NCBI GenBank assembly: GCA_013239625.1
Contig: MU053334.1
Coordinates: 507,190 to 571,189 of the forward strand
DNA: 64,000 nucleotides
Direction of reading: 5' to 3'
Origin: Lama guanicoe
Taxonomy: Eukaryota
Position 1 is the first letter of the stretch, and every line of letters starts with the position of its first letter. The notes under the pieces were generated by a model. The model saw only the letters and a program-made list of their open reading frames with translations. It had not been told where the DNA came from and made no database searches. The translations under genes and the position numbers were made by a program. This document shows positions 12,201 through 24,800 of the stretch, in pieces.

Positions 12201-15200
12201 GCGGACAGGGTTCTGTGCGGGTGCTGGCGCGAGTGCTGACTGCAGGGCGGGCCCGCCACTCCCCTGGGCGCAGGGACACACGTGCCCTCTGGGGCCCCGG
12301 GGTGTGGGCTCCGGTCAGGCGGCTCCTCACGCCCGCAGGTGTGTGCAGCGGCTGGGGCGACCCCCACTACATCACCTTCGACGGCACCTACTACACGTTC
12401 CTGGACAACTGTACGTATGTGCTGGTGCAGCAGATCGTGCCGGTGTTCGGGCACTTCCGGGTGCTCATCCAAAACTACTTCTGCGACGCCGAGGACAGGC
12501 TGTCCTGCCCGCAGTCCATCATCGTCGAGTACCGGCAGGACCGCGTCGTGCTGACCCGCAAGCCAGTCCACGGGGTGATGACCAATGAGGTGGGGACCCC
12601 GGGCAGCTTGTGCGTGCCGGGTGGGCAGCAGGCACTGGGCAGCGGCTTACCTCCCGCCTCACCTGTCTAGATCATCTTCAATGAGAAAGTGGTCAGTCCC
12701 GGCTTCCAGAAGGACGGCATCGTTGTCTCCCAGACTGGCATCAAGATGTACGTGACCATCCCTGAGCTCGGCGTCCAGGTCATGTTCAGCGGCCTCATCT
12801 TCTCGGTGGAGGTGCCTTTCAGCAAGTTTGCCAACAACACAGAGGGGCAGTGTGGTGAGTGCCGGGCCCGGCCCCGACCTGGCTCTCTGGGCTCGGGTCC
12901 TCCCTCTGGTCGTTAAATGCAGCTGAGAGTGTCCAGTAGGGGACGAGGGTCAGCCTTGGTGCGTCCCTCCAGGAGCTGCATTCTTGGTGGGGGATGAGGC
13001 TGCCCATGTGGCCCGGGGCCCGCAGGCAATTCTGCTTTCTGGCTGCACAGGGGTCCTGCTACAGGACTCACACCTGAGGCCCACACCTGTCCGTCCTGCC
13101 TGGGAACTGCCCTGGGGGCCGGCTTCCCGGAGGGAGAAGGAAGCACACAGAGGCCAGGGAGCCGGTCCCACGGTAGCCCCTGGAGAGCTGCCTGGGGACA
13201 TCGGGTCCCGACCCCCAGCTCGGGGGCACTGTGCCCCAAGGGAGGGCTTGGGTGTCACTGCTGTCCCCAGCCACCTGGCTGCTGCCTCCACGCCCCAGGC
13301 ACCTGCACCAACAACCAGGAAGACGAGTGTCGACTGCCCGGGGGGGCAGTGGTGGCCTCCTGCTCTGACATGTCCAGCCACTGGAAGGTGACCGTCCCCG
13401 ACCAGCCATCCTGTGACGGGCCTCCCCCGACGCCCATTATACCCAGGACCACGGCCACCCCGTGCCCACCGTCACCAATCTGCCAGCTCATTCTGAGCGA
13501 GTGAGACTCCCGGGCTGGAGCTGGGGCTGGGGTGGGGCTGGCGCTGGGGCAGGGGTTGGGGTGGGCAGGTAGTCCTGCTGATCTCATGCTTCTGGGGTGA
13601 CAGGAAGACGGGGGCCTGCAGGGACTCCTGAGGGAGAGGGACCAGCCTGGGCTCCAAGCAGAGTCGTGCAGCTGGAGCGCCACGCGCAGAGCCCAGCAAG
13701 GCTGGCCGGCAGCACACTGTGGGTCAGGGCACGAGTCCTCACTCGGGCAGCACCCATGTGAGCGGGGCAGGGGGGCGCCCAGCAGAGAATTTGCAGAAAG
13801 CAAAGGCTGTGTACAGCGGGACGCCCTCCCCGCCACACACGGATCACCCCAGGAGCCGGGGACACTCTGCACGTGGTCGACCCGGCGGCTCCCTCCCGTG
13901 GGGCCCTTCGCCAGCGGATGCCGCAGCCTGGCAGCCCCACTGCAGACCTGCCCCACGACCCATGTGTCCCTGTGCCACAGAGTCTTTGAGCTGTGTCACA
14001 CGGTGCTCCCTCCATGGCCGTACTACCAAGGCTGCCTCTTCGACCAGTGCCACATGCCCCGCTCGGATGTGATGTGCTCTAGCCTGGAGCTGTATGCCTC
14101 GCTCTGTGCGTCTCGTGGCGTCTGCGTCGACTGGAGGGGCCAGACCAACCGCACGTGTCGTGAGTGCCTTCCCTGGCCTCAGAGAGCCCCCGTCCCACGG
14201 GCAGTGGCAATCAGCATGTGGCCTGGGACCAGATGTGCTGGCCTCTGGTGGGACTGGGCGGTCAGGGTGGGCTTCCTGGAGGAGCAGGGCTGAGCCCAGA
14301 ACAGGATGCATTTGTTTCCTGGAGAGAGAAGAGGGGGCGCCCAGATCACAGCGCCTGGCGCAGGGGTGGCGGTCGTGGGTTCTGATAGAGAGGGCGGTGC
14401 AGAGCACACAGCCCAGCCAGAGGGGGCCCCGGGTCAGAGCCTCGGGGCTCTGTTGGTGCACTCCAGCCTCAGGCGTGGCTCCCCTCTCCGCGCAGCCTTC
14501 ACCTGTCCTGCTGACAAGGTGTACCAGCCCTGTGGCCCGTCCAGCCCCTCCTACTGCTACACCAACCACAGCACCAACGCTGCGTAAGCGCCCGCCCGCT
14601 TCCTCCAGGACCCCACGTTTCCCCCGGGAGCCCCCAAGCCGCCTCTCCCTGCCCTGGGGGGCCGGCCGTGCTCACCTCCTGCTCCCGCAGGGTCCTTCGG
14701 GAAGAGGCTCCATTCACTGAAGGCTGCTTCTGCCCAGAGGGCAGGTCGCTGTTCAGCAGGAGCTCGGAGGTCTGCGTGCCCGACGACTGCGCCAGTACGT
14801 CCCCGGGGCTGGGAACCCACGACCCCCTCGGGGTCTGTTCTGCTCAGCCAGACTCCAGAGCTTCCCACCATGGCCTGGTCCACCCCAGCCCCTGGTCCCT
14901 GGCCCCCAGCATGAGGTCTGCCCCTGACGGGTTGGGGGCTGTGGCTGCCCAGCCTGACCTCCATCTCTCTCCTTGCAGGTTGTCTGGGGCCCCACGGGGA
15001 GCCTGTGGAGGTGAGCTCAGCACCCTCAGGGGCTGGGGGCTTCTTCTCTGCACCAGAGGCTCAGAGGAGAGGCAGGGAGGTGGGCAGAGCCTTCCCAGCA
15101 AGACCCAGGAGGCTTCCATGTGCGGGTGCCCATAGGCCCCCGTAGGAGAGTGTGGGTGCCGGCCCCAGCCAGGCCGTGCCCCGTCCTCCATGGAGAGCCC

Positions 15201-18200
15201 TCCTGCCCTGTGAAGGTGGGAGTGGCGAGGAGGGAGGCCGGTCGCCCACACAGCTCCCCGGTCCCTGTCTCCCGGCCCCTGTGGGCCCCACGGAGCCCCA
15301 GCGGCCCTCAGCCGCCTGCTCCCTGCTCTTCCTGCCGGCTGCTGCTGCTCCGGGGCAGACGGGTGACCGACAGCTGGGGCCCACACGTCCCTCCCCTTAC
15401 AGCCCGGCCACACTGTTCACATCGACTGCCAGGAGTGCACCTGCGAGGGCAGCTCCCAGACTATGCGCTGCCGGAATCAGGCCTGCCCGCCACCCCCCGC
15501 CTGCCCCGAGCCCGGCTTCACGCCTGAGCCTGCAGACCCGCAGCCCGGGCAGTGTTGTCCCCAGTACCACTGTGGTAAGTCGGGGCGTGTGGGGGTCACA
15601 CACGCACTGGCTCAGGGCTGGCCAGCTTTGCCCTGAGGGTCCCGAGGTCCTGGTGCTGCCTCTCCTCCCTCCCAGTGTGGCCCCATCTGGTGACCTCCCG
15701 AGGGAAGGCTCGGGGGTGTGGGCATACCACGAGGTCAGGGTCTCCTCCGCCCCGGCTGAGAGCCCACCACCTGCCCACTGGGTGGTCAGCGCTCAGCACT
15801 CAGGCTGGGGTGGGCGAACACGGGCAGAGTGGAAGGCAGGCCTCCTGACGCCCCCTCCTGTCCACTCTCTGCAGCCTGCAACACCAGTTACTGCCCCCAG
15901 CCCGTGGGCTGCCCCGAGGGCGCCCGCTCCATCCTGACGCACAAGGAGGGGGCTTGCTGCCCGAGCCAAAGCTGCAGTGAGTGTCCTGGCTCAGGGCCCC
16001 TGGGGTGGCCGTCACCAAGCAGTTGTCCAGGGGCCGGGACGCAGTCCTGACGGGTGGGGGCAGCGGCTGCGCAGGAGGAGGTGGGGGTGGGGTGCTGGGT
16101 GATAAGGGTGGCCCTGCAGGTCTGCTTGTCTCCCCCGAGCAGGCTGGACCGTCTGCAGCGTCAACGGCACTTTGTACCAGGTAAGAACCAGCCGGAGGTC
16201 AAGACCCCCGCGGCATACCGGGAGCGGAGGGCCCTGGGCCGGCCAGCTTCTCCCCGAGGCGGGGTCCCCACCTCCGTTTCCCTGGCCAGATCCTTGAGAG
16301 CTCGTGACCTCCCTGAGGTGCAGCCTTGGGGGTCTGTCCCTGAAGCAGGGAGGAGGCACTACCGAGGGTCGCCCCGGGCGGGGCGAGTCAGCCCGGCGGG
16401 GCCAGGCCTGGAGGCAGGGGTACCAGGCCCACTGCGGCTCGCTCACACTGGTCACCCTGGCTCCCCCAGCCTGGCGCCGTGGTCTCTTCCAACCTGTGCG
16501 AAACCTGTCGGTGTGAGGTACCCGGGGGCCCCCAGCCGGACACGTTCGTGATCAGCTGTGAGACCCAGATCTGCAACACCCAGTGCCCGGCGGTAAGTGC
16601 CCGTGCCCACACCCCCGCCCCGGCAGCGCCCAGCCCGGGCTCAGGCCATACATCTGTGCCTCCCTGCAGGGCTTCGAGTACCAGGTGCAAGGCAGCCAGT
16701 GCTGCGGCTCGTGTGTGCAGGTGGCCTGTGTCGCGAACGTCAGCGACGGCTCTGCCATCCTCGTTCCTGTGAGTAGCAGCCACAGGGCCCAGCCCGAGGG
16801 CTTCAGGGTCTTGGGGTGACTTTGGGGCAGGGCAGGCCGCGGGCTCCAGGGAGGCCAGGACTCGGGGCCAGCCCCACCCTCCAGAGGGCCATGAGCCCAC
16901 AGGACGGTGCGGTGCCGGGTGGGCAGTGTCCTGGTGCACCGGGGCCCTGGAGAGCCGTCAGTGCAAGGCCCACCCAGGGCAGAGGCCAGGGGGACCTCCG
17001 GAGGCCCTGGGGCTGGGTGCTAGCAGACAGACGCTGTGCCCTCCCCTGCTGGAACAAGGGCCCTGGGGATGGCCCCTCACCTGCCGGTCGGCCTCCTTGC
17101 AGCCCGGTGAGTCCTGGTCAGACCCCGACAGCCCCTGCGTGACACACAAGTGTGAGAAGCAGCGGGATGTGCTCGTGGTGACGACCGTAAGGAAGGAGTG
17201 CCCCCCCCTCAGCTGCTCGGTGGTGAGTCCCGGCAGCCTGCCCTGCCCAGCGGGGCTGACAGGGGCCACGGGAGGGCCAGGCCCTGGACGGGACGGGATG
17301 GCCGTGGGTGGCCTGGCGCAGTGGGGCAGGGGTGCCGCCTCCTGCGTGGGGCGCTGCCCACGCCTGTCTGAGCCTGGCCTGTGTCCCGCTCCCCGTTTCC
17401 ACGGGGGCTGCCCCAGCACTGACACACTTTGCCCGCACAGGACAAGGCTAGCTTGAGTGAGGACGGATGCTGCCTCTTATGCAACGCCATCGGTGAGTGG
17501 GCGTGTCTGTGGGGGTGGAAGGCAGGGCACTGATTCCCACCTGCCTGGAGGGAGGCCGAGAGTGCCCGCTGGGGCTGACCCTCTGCCCCGCCTCCCGCGT
17601 CCTGTCCCTCCCCAGGGTCCAGCTGCTCCGTGCACCACAAGCACCAGGTCCTCCAGCAGCAGGGCTGCAGCTCCCCCGAGCCTGTGCGCCTCTCCTATTG
17701 CCAGGGCAAATGTGGGGACACCGCCTCCATGTACGTGAGCCCCTACCTTGGTCCGGCCCAGGAGCTCCTGCAGGCAATGTTGGGGAAGACACAGCCTGTG
17801 CCCCCCCAGGGCTCGGGGCAGGCGGATGAGGTGGTGGTGAAGGGGCAGGAATGGGGGAGCTGTAACTGCCACCCCAGACAGCAGGGTCCTGCGGCTGGGT
17901 GGGGGGCTGGGCTGGGCTGGGGAATCATGCCCTTCTGTTGACTGAGACCCCAGACTAGGGGTCCCTGTTCATGGCTTGTGGGACAAGTGGTTGTTGGGAG
18001 CCTCGGGGGGCTGGGATTGAGCCACGGTGACTGGCACATGGAGCCGCAGCGAAAGGCTGTCCACCTGCCTCCAGAGCAGTGGTAGTGCGGGTGCTGCGGG
18101 GGCCGGGCGGCCCCGTAGGCAGCGCCAGTGCTGAGCCGGCCCTGTCCACAGGTACTCGCTGGAAGCCAGCGGGGCGCCGAACAGCTGCCGGTGCTGTCAG

Positions 18201-18470
18201 GAGCTGCGGGTGTCTCGGAGGAACGTGACGCTGCACTGCGCCGACGGCTCCCGCAGGGCCATCAGCTACGCTGAAGTGGAGGAGTGTGGCTGTGTGGGCC
18301 AGAGGTGCGACTCGCCTGGAGACCTCAGCCACTCGGAGGAGTGGGAGCCTGAGCAGAGCGAGGAGCAGAGCGAGGAGCACAGTGAGGAGCACAGCGAGGA
18401 GCAGAGCGAGGAGGAGGCGTGGCAGAAGCACCGGGGAACAGGGGCCCTGGGTCCCAGGCCTCTCCAGTAG
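207..18470 (+). CDS. MUC5AC: Mucin-5AC, 5'-truncated multi-exon gene (37 exons in window, equivalent to exons 13-49): D2-D'-D3, CysD/PTS central exon, D4, VWC, cystine knot
   Basis: Exons read by hand with AG/GT ends and matching phase: 207-276, 354-491, 577-741, 1112-1206, 1679-1805, 2015-2270, 2340-2392, 2670-2770, 2945-3084 (acceptor uncertain), 3180-3318, 3404-3517, 3644-3823, 4467-4706, 4913-5069, 5463-5591, 5817-5979, 6435-6478, 6565-6750, 7401-10805, 11084-11286, 11801-11978, 12339-12589, 12671-12854, 13299-13500, 13981-14159, 14496-14583, 14691-14794, 14979-15010, 15403-15574, 15875-15976, 16143-16180, 16470-16592, 16670-16768, 17103-17222, 17441-17492, 17616-17730, 18152-18470 (TAG). 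Diagnostic: CysD DVSRPGRGTDSGDFDTLENLRAHGY, TTSTTSA-type repeat, D4 GWGDPH, position upstream of MUC5B. Confidence 0.95.
3985..4300 (-). mobile_element. ERVL-MaLR (MLT1-like) LTR remnant in a MUC5AC intron
   Basis: tctcacagctctgg..aagtcc..tcaaggtgtc..ggctctgggggagg..tcctcccgcctcctccagct..tctgcctcc is the reverse-orientation MLT1 pattern; recognised by eye, boundaries approximate. Confidence 0.65.
7401..10805 (+). CDS. MUC5AC: MUC5AC large central exon (3405 nt): 3 CysD domains plus PTS repeats
   Basis: ORF 7391..10843; acceptor ttgccctcag|TC at 7400/7401, donor GCGG|gtacgt at 10805/10806. CysD at about 7544-7840, 8186-8488 and 10337-10651, each with a WxxW motif (WSQW, WTEW, WTKW). Confidence 0.93.
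7883..8050 (+). repeat. 21-bp coding tandem repeat, 8 units (TTPAPG[S/T])
   Basis: accacacctgccccaggttcc repeated; last two units degenerate (TTPAPGP, NTPVPGT). Confidence 0.95.
8690..10297 (+). repeat. 48-bp coding tandem repeat, 33 full units arranged as a 96-bp dimer (TTSTTS[A/E]RTTGPPSAP)
   Basis: Units start at 8690+48n and alternate gcg..tcg and gag..tcc; 60-nt lines recur exactly every 480 bp. Confidence 0.97.
12356..12367 (+). other. GDPH autocatalytic cleavage motif in the MUC5AC D4 domain
   Basis: ggc gac ccc cac within CSGWGDPHY; the paralogous MUC5B site near 55210 reads GNTH, consistent with the gene assignments. Confidence 0.9.
18351..18410 (+). repeat. 12-bp coding repeat x5 (E[Q/H]SE) in the MUC5AC C-terminal tail
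   Basis: gagcagagcgag / gagcacag(t/c)gag units after the cystine knot. Confidence 0.9.
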
Positions 18471-18887
18471 ACAGCCAGAGCCCTGCCCTCAGGCCCCAGC
18501 GGCCTCCCTCCTGGACACTCAACCAGAGCGTTCTCCGGTGATCCAAGTCTGCGGTGCACTGTCCACCCGTCTCCGCCCTCTCCAGGGTCTGGCCCGCCCC
18601 GGATGTGCAGTGGCCCTGAAGGACCTGCAGCCCCTGCTCATCACCAGCCGGGGCGGGCGGGGGTCCTCTGGCTGGGGTTCCAGCCTGCTCTCCCCAGGCT
18701 TCAGCCTCACATAAGGGCCTGACCCTCGATGGGCACTTGGACCTGGCAGCTGTCTGCGCTGCCGGCCACTGGGAGGCCGAGCCTCACCCCTGCCTCGGCC
18801 CTGGGCCTCGGGAAAGGGCCATGGGCTTTCTAAATACACCAGGAGCATTTTGCAGCTTGTGGACTCGGTGTGATTTTTAAGCTTGTC

Positions 18888-18893
18888 CATAAA
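18888..18893 (+). terminator. Candidate variant poly(A) signal CATAAA for MUC5AC
   Basis: About 420 nt after the stop, in a locally AT-rich patch; no canonical AATAAA seen until 22665. Confidence 0.5.
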
Positions 18894-21800
18894 ACGCAGG
18901 AGCAGGGAGCGGGGCAGATGCGGGCCGGGGCTGCCTGGGGAGGCCTGCTGCCCCGTGTTCCATGCGCTCAGACAGACGGAAGGTGTGCGTGAGGGGGTGA
19001 GGGAGGGGGCCCCATGGGGCGCACCCAGGGACTCAAGACTGGCATCCCTGGCCCGTCAGATGGGAGGGCTCCGTCTTCGCCCTGCAAACTCCAGCTCTCT
19101 CATCACACTGAAGCCGAGCTCAGCGTGCGATGCACGTGTGTGTGTGTGCGCGCACCCTCAGGCCCACGGGAGACCATGCCCTCAGAGGTCCTGTCGCGCG
19201 CCATCTTCCCCTAACCCACCCTGAGAACTGTGTTCCTAGAGCCCAGCCCCCTCTGCCTTGGAGGCCTTGGGGGAGCCCTGGACACCCAGGCCTCAGGCTG
19301 GGCCCAGCCCCACAGCAGCGCTGGGAGGGTCGGCCAGGCTGCCCCGTGCTCTGAGGGCCTGGCCGGGGGATTCCCGCCGGGTGTGGCAGGGTGGCAGACG
19401 GTTCAGGACAGCGTCCAGCACAGGAAAGCTGGTGGCTGTCCCAAGTCCCACAGCCCAAGCATGGGGAGGGGGACCCGTAGACGAGCCAGCAGGGTCTGGG
19501 CCCAGCCAGCTGGCTCCGGCCGTTGCTGGGAGGCCAGCCTGACCTGGAACCTATGGGGCAGGGGGCCCGCAGGCTGGAGAGTGCTGGCCACCGGGGTCGT
19601 CCTGGGGCTCAGGGTCCTGCGGGGCCTCCTATCGCCCCACACATCCCAGTGCCCTTCTCCTGGGCCAGAGGGGGCTTCGAGGATCTGTGGACACTGGGCA
19701 GGGGCTGGAGTGGCCGGGCAGGGGCAGATGCAGGGCCGGGGCGGATGCCTCACCTCCTGTGCTCCTTGACAACGAGAGGGAGACGGGCTGCCGGCCGTCC
19801 TCTTGCTGACCCCTCATCTCACAGAGGGAGGCTGGGGCCTGGGCGGGCAGCTTGCGGGTGCTCAGTGGTGGGGACAGCGGAAGCTGGACTTGCGTCCTTT
19901 GTCTCCTGCCCCAGCTCCTGGAACTAGGTGCCCTCTGAGTCCACCTCACGCTGCCTTGGTTACTCAGACCCAGGCTGAGCTGCGACTGGGGGCCGGTGGG
20001 GTTCGGGACGGTGGCACCAAATTTCCCTCCAGGCCCTGGCTGCAGTCCCTGTGGCCGTCACAAGGTGGCAGCACGGTGGTCCCAGTGTCTCCAGCTGGGA
20101 CCAGGGGCTCAGGAAGAGGAGTTGGGGGCGTAGGGGCCCCGGGAGGCAGCTGATGTCCTCCGAGGCTGGGCGGTCCCACAGGGCCAGCGGGGCCGCGAGG
20201 ACCCCGCACTGGGGTGAGGGCCACCCCTTACAGTCTGTGCAGCGTGCCCACCTGGCCAGCACTGCCCCCCGCCCACTGTCTGCCCCGTCCTGCCGGGCGA
20301 GGCCTGAGCACAATGTCCAGTTGCCCGGCCGCCCGCCCGACCCCGCTGTCTGCTCTGGCCGCTTGGGGAGTGGCACTGACAGCGCGGCCGGTCAGAGACC
20401 AAGTGGGTGCCCAGGGACCCCCGGCCGTGACACCACGACCCCTTGGGCCCAGGGGACCCCGAGTGAGAAGGGAGACATCCTTCTTGGGAGCAGGAAATTC
20501 TTAGCCCTTTGGCTCCGGAATCCTCTGCCCCAGTGACCAGCTGACCCTGCAACCACAGACTGCACCTGAAGCAGCCCACTGTCCACACCCCCAGGGGAGC
20601 GGGTGTCGCAGCAGCCACCACTTCCTCTCCAGGGGGACGGACGGACGCCTCCCCCATGCTCCACGACTGACCCCTCACCCCCCAGGGAGCGCGCGCCCCG
20701 CCCCGCCCGGAACCGAGGCCGGCCAGCAGGAGTAACCGGATAGCGGGCCCTTGCTGCCACCCCAGGCCCGCAGCCCTGGCTGGGTTACGCAAGTCATCAT
20801 TTCCCCGAAAGAGCGGCGAAGCTGGACGTGGCCCACTGAGGCCACCATGGCCCAGCCCACAGGGCGGCTCCTCCAGTCTGTGCTTGAGCCCCCACCCCTC
20901 CTGGATGCTGGGAGGGGAGGGGGAGTGACTTGTCCCTGCTGGGGCCTGTGAGCCAGGGCTGGCCTGGACAGCTTGCGACCGCCTCCTGCAGCTCCCCGCG
21001 GAGTCTGGCCTTGGCAGGGCCGTCCGTTCAGGGGCTGCGTGCGGTGTTCACGGTTCTGGGTTCTGCTCCGGATGGATGGCGAAGGCATGTGCCACCCTTG
21101 TGCTGGGGGTTCCCGGAGATGGGGGATAAGAGGGACAGGGACACAGACAAGGACACCGGGCAGCCTGTGACTTGGGGGTGGGTCGGGACACAGCCACCTC
21201 CTGACCGTGGCCCCCAGCACGCCCAGCCGCCCAGGGACACTTGGAACCCTGGCCCAGATCCACTGGAGAAGGCTGCTTGGTCTGAGGCCAGAGCCAGGTG
21301 TCAGTGGCTGGCCGGGTCCCGGGCACACATGGGCCACAGCTCTGACCTCTTCCGCCACAGACCTGGCCCTTGGCAGTGGGTTGGCTCTTCACAGCTGACC
21401 CAGCGGGTTACGCGGGACACGGAAAGGGCAGGGCGCAGCGGGGAGGGTGTGGTACACAGGCACCTCCGTCCTCAGAGGATGCCGGCACGGTCATGGCCAA
21501 ATCTGCATGGACGGGAGAGGTCCTCAGACGTCCGGACAAAGAAGATCAGAGGGAGCTGCCTGGCCAGTGCAGGAGGGGCCAGGGCTGCACTGGAAGTTGT
21601 GCCACATGGCAGCTCTTGGATCAGAGGAGCCGACGGCCCCGAGGAGAGCCCTGCTTAGGGGCCTGTCCTGTGGGGAGCCGCATGCAAGCCTGGCGCTGGG
21701 GAGGGGAGGGGACAGACCACTGGGAAGAAGAACATGCACGGCCACGGCCACCCCGGGGCAGCAAAGCAGAGGCTGGGCTTGGACAGCCACTCAGAGGCCA

Positions 21801-24800
21801 GCTTGGGAGGGAGGGCGGGATGGAGCCTGGGCAGGCGCCTGGCAGGACCAGGGTCAGAGGTGGGGGACGCGAGAGTGCCCGAGGTGGGTGGAAGAGGGGC
21901 TGGAAGGCCGCTGGGCCGGGCCCACTGGGACCTCGGGTCAGTCAGAACCAAGCCTTGGCTGTGGGTGAGGGGCGCCAGGGGACCGGGCAGCGGTGGCCGA
22001 GGTCCACCTTGTCTGTCAGGTGCCCACTGCTGGGTGAGGGCGGGTAGAGGGGGTGAGGGAAGAGCAGGAGACCAGTGGGGCTCGGCGGGGGAGGGGCTCC
22101 GAGGTACAGGGGACAGGCCAGTCGATGGACCAGGGGTGGGAGGCGGTGATGGGTGGAGAGACAGGACCCCTCCCTCAGGGGGAAGGCCCGGGTAGCTGGG
22201 GGAGGGGCTGGGCCACACTGCGTTTGACCGCTAGACGCCTCGCGGGGATGCTGGGGGGCTGGTGGACGTGTGGTTCAGGGGCTGGGCAGGAGGTTGGGAG
22301 GCGGGCAGGGGTGAGAATGGGAGGAGGCGGAGCTTCGGCTCCTCAGGTGAGGGGACTGTCAAGGCAGTGGGTGCAGATTGAAAAGGAAGGGGGGAAGGTG
22401 GGTCTCCTCCGCCCTGGGCTCCAGGAGACTCAGGCCCTTGGGAGGGAGGACCTCGCCGCCGTGGGAAGACGTGGGAGGCTGGCTCTGTGGCGGGAGGCGG
22501 GGAGGCAGCCCTTCCACAGGGCGCTGGCAACAACCGGGCTCTGATGAGACCGACTCTGGTCTGCTGTTCACCGGCCTGAGGGCAGGACGGCCGACCTGGG
22601 CTCTCTCCCGCTCATAAAACCCACCTTGATGGGCACACCAGGTTTCCATCTCCTTCCAGAACAGAATAAAAATAAAACGTCAGGCTGTTACAGTGTAAAG
22701 CCCGTGTGTGTCCAGAGTTCAGGGGGAAAATGTGTTTATGACTCAGGCTCCCAGAGCCAGGCTGGGACGGACAGTGGGACGTGGGTGGTGCTGGAAGCCG
22801 CGAAACAAAACCAAAGACCGGAAATCAGCCCAGAGCTCGGATGTGCAGGATGAGGCGTGCTTCCAACGGGGAGCACGGGCTCTGTGCGATCAGTGATCAG
22901 CCTGTGACTCAAGGCCGCCGCCTGGCCCAGCGCCCGCCCCAGGGGAACTGGGGCTGAGCAGGGAGCTGTCTGGGCAGGGCAGGCAGGAGGGGCCCCCGGG
23001 CAGGTCCGAGCTGACTCTGCTGGACGTGAACCACCCCTCCTCCAAGACAAATGGCCTGGGTGTCTCCCCCATGGGGTCAGGGACTTGGTGCCCCCCACTG
23101 CCAAGTGGACAGGCCCTGAGGGGTCCTCTTGCACCTACACCAAGGTCAGGGCCACCCTGTCCTGTGACTGCCCCCACCCCCACCCCCATGCAGTGAAGGA
23201 GCAGGTGGGACGCCCTCGGGGCACAGCCTGTCAGCAAATGCTGCTCGTTTGAGGGGACCCAGCGCACTGGAGGCCATGAAGGGCCGGAAATCCCCAGGGG
23301 CATGGGTGTCCCGCCCCTGCCTGGGGCTCCCCCCGGCCCTTCCTGCTCCCTGCAGAGAAGCCAGTCCCAGGAGCACCCCGTGTGCACACAGCAGACTGGG
23401 TGTCTGGACACTGTCCCGCGGGTGAGGGCGGTGGCCTGGGCCTCACGGCCCCTAGACTCAGGCTCGCCTGCCCCAGGCTGCGTCCCCGGGGTGGAGGGGC
23501 GTCAGCCCCGTCTCAGACCCAGCCCCTTCCTGCACGCCCCCCACCCAGCCCTCAGCCTCCAGCCCCGACGGGGCCTCAGCAGGGAGTGGGGCTGGGGCTC
23601 CACCTCTGGGGTGGGGTCTCCGCTTCCTGCTGGCCACATCCTGGACAAGTTTCCTCTCGCCCTTGGCTGATGGCCCCTGAGTGTCCACAGTCCCACGAGG
23701 GGACCGTTCAGTGTCTTGTGGGACCAAGAACCCAGGTCCTGCGAGAGCAGTGGGAGCAGGCCTGCTGCTCCAGGCCACGCCGAGCTCCCAGTGGGCCTGG
23801 GCCTCCCACCCGGGGCTCCCACCTCCCCGCCTCTCCTCCTGGGGCGGCCAGGCTACCTTGGCACCTGCCTCTCCGTAGAAGCGAGCGTACCCGCCCACAG
23901 TGCACCTGGGAGCGTTCCTTACACAGTCCCCGGCCTGATGTGCAGACATGGACACGGTGGGGCCAGGGCACCGGGGACCTGGGAGCGGAGGGCGGGGGCT
24001 GCTCTGCTCTGCACAAGTCCCTCCTCCAGAGGCCAGGCAGCTTCCCCGGCAGGGGCCTGGGGCAGTGGGCAGCAGGAGACAGACTGCGGTCACTGCTGCT
24101 CCCTGGCCGGTCCCACCATCCTGCCGGCCAGGAAGGTGGATCCGGAGTGGCTGCAAGTTCTGAGGGGGCCCCGCCCAGCTCGGCTGCTCCGCAGGGCGGA
24201 TGCGGGCATGGGGCGGGCGAGGGCGAGGCGGCCCCCGTGTTTCCCCCCGCGGGCTGACCCCCACGCGAGTCCGACTCACTAGGCACGCCTCTCCAGGCCT
24301 TTCTTGGCCACCAGGACCCCCGCCGTGCACAACCCCCTCCTGTTACAGTTCAGATTTCAAGTTCACCAATCGCTGGGGTGCCCCCCCTCTGCCAGCTCAC
24401 CTCATCGTCCACATCCCAGACGTTGGGGCGAGGCGGGGGCCCTGGCAGGACAGAAACAAGGTACCCAGGTGTGAGGGCACCCTTGGGCCTCCCCAAGAAA
24501 ATGCCGCAGGGTGAAGTCAGGGACCTCGGAGACGACAGAGCCCGCTGGAGCCCGTGACCCCCCAGAGGGACAGGCCCTGGGGGCGCACCGTGCCCTGCCG
24601 CTCTGCCTCCCCCGCCCTGGGGCCTGCGCTCAGACGGGGGCGGCGTGGCCCAGGATGGTGCTGGGGCGCCGGTCACTGCCAGGCCCTGAGGCCGGTGGGG
24701 GAGGACAGCAAGGGGACCTGGATTTGGCTGCCTGGCCACCTCAGCCTCAGTAGCGGACGCCTCTCTCAGCACTGGCCAAGGTGGGAAGGTGGCCCCGGGC

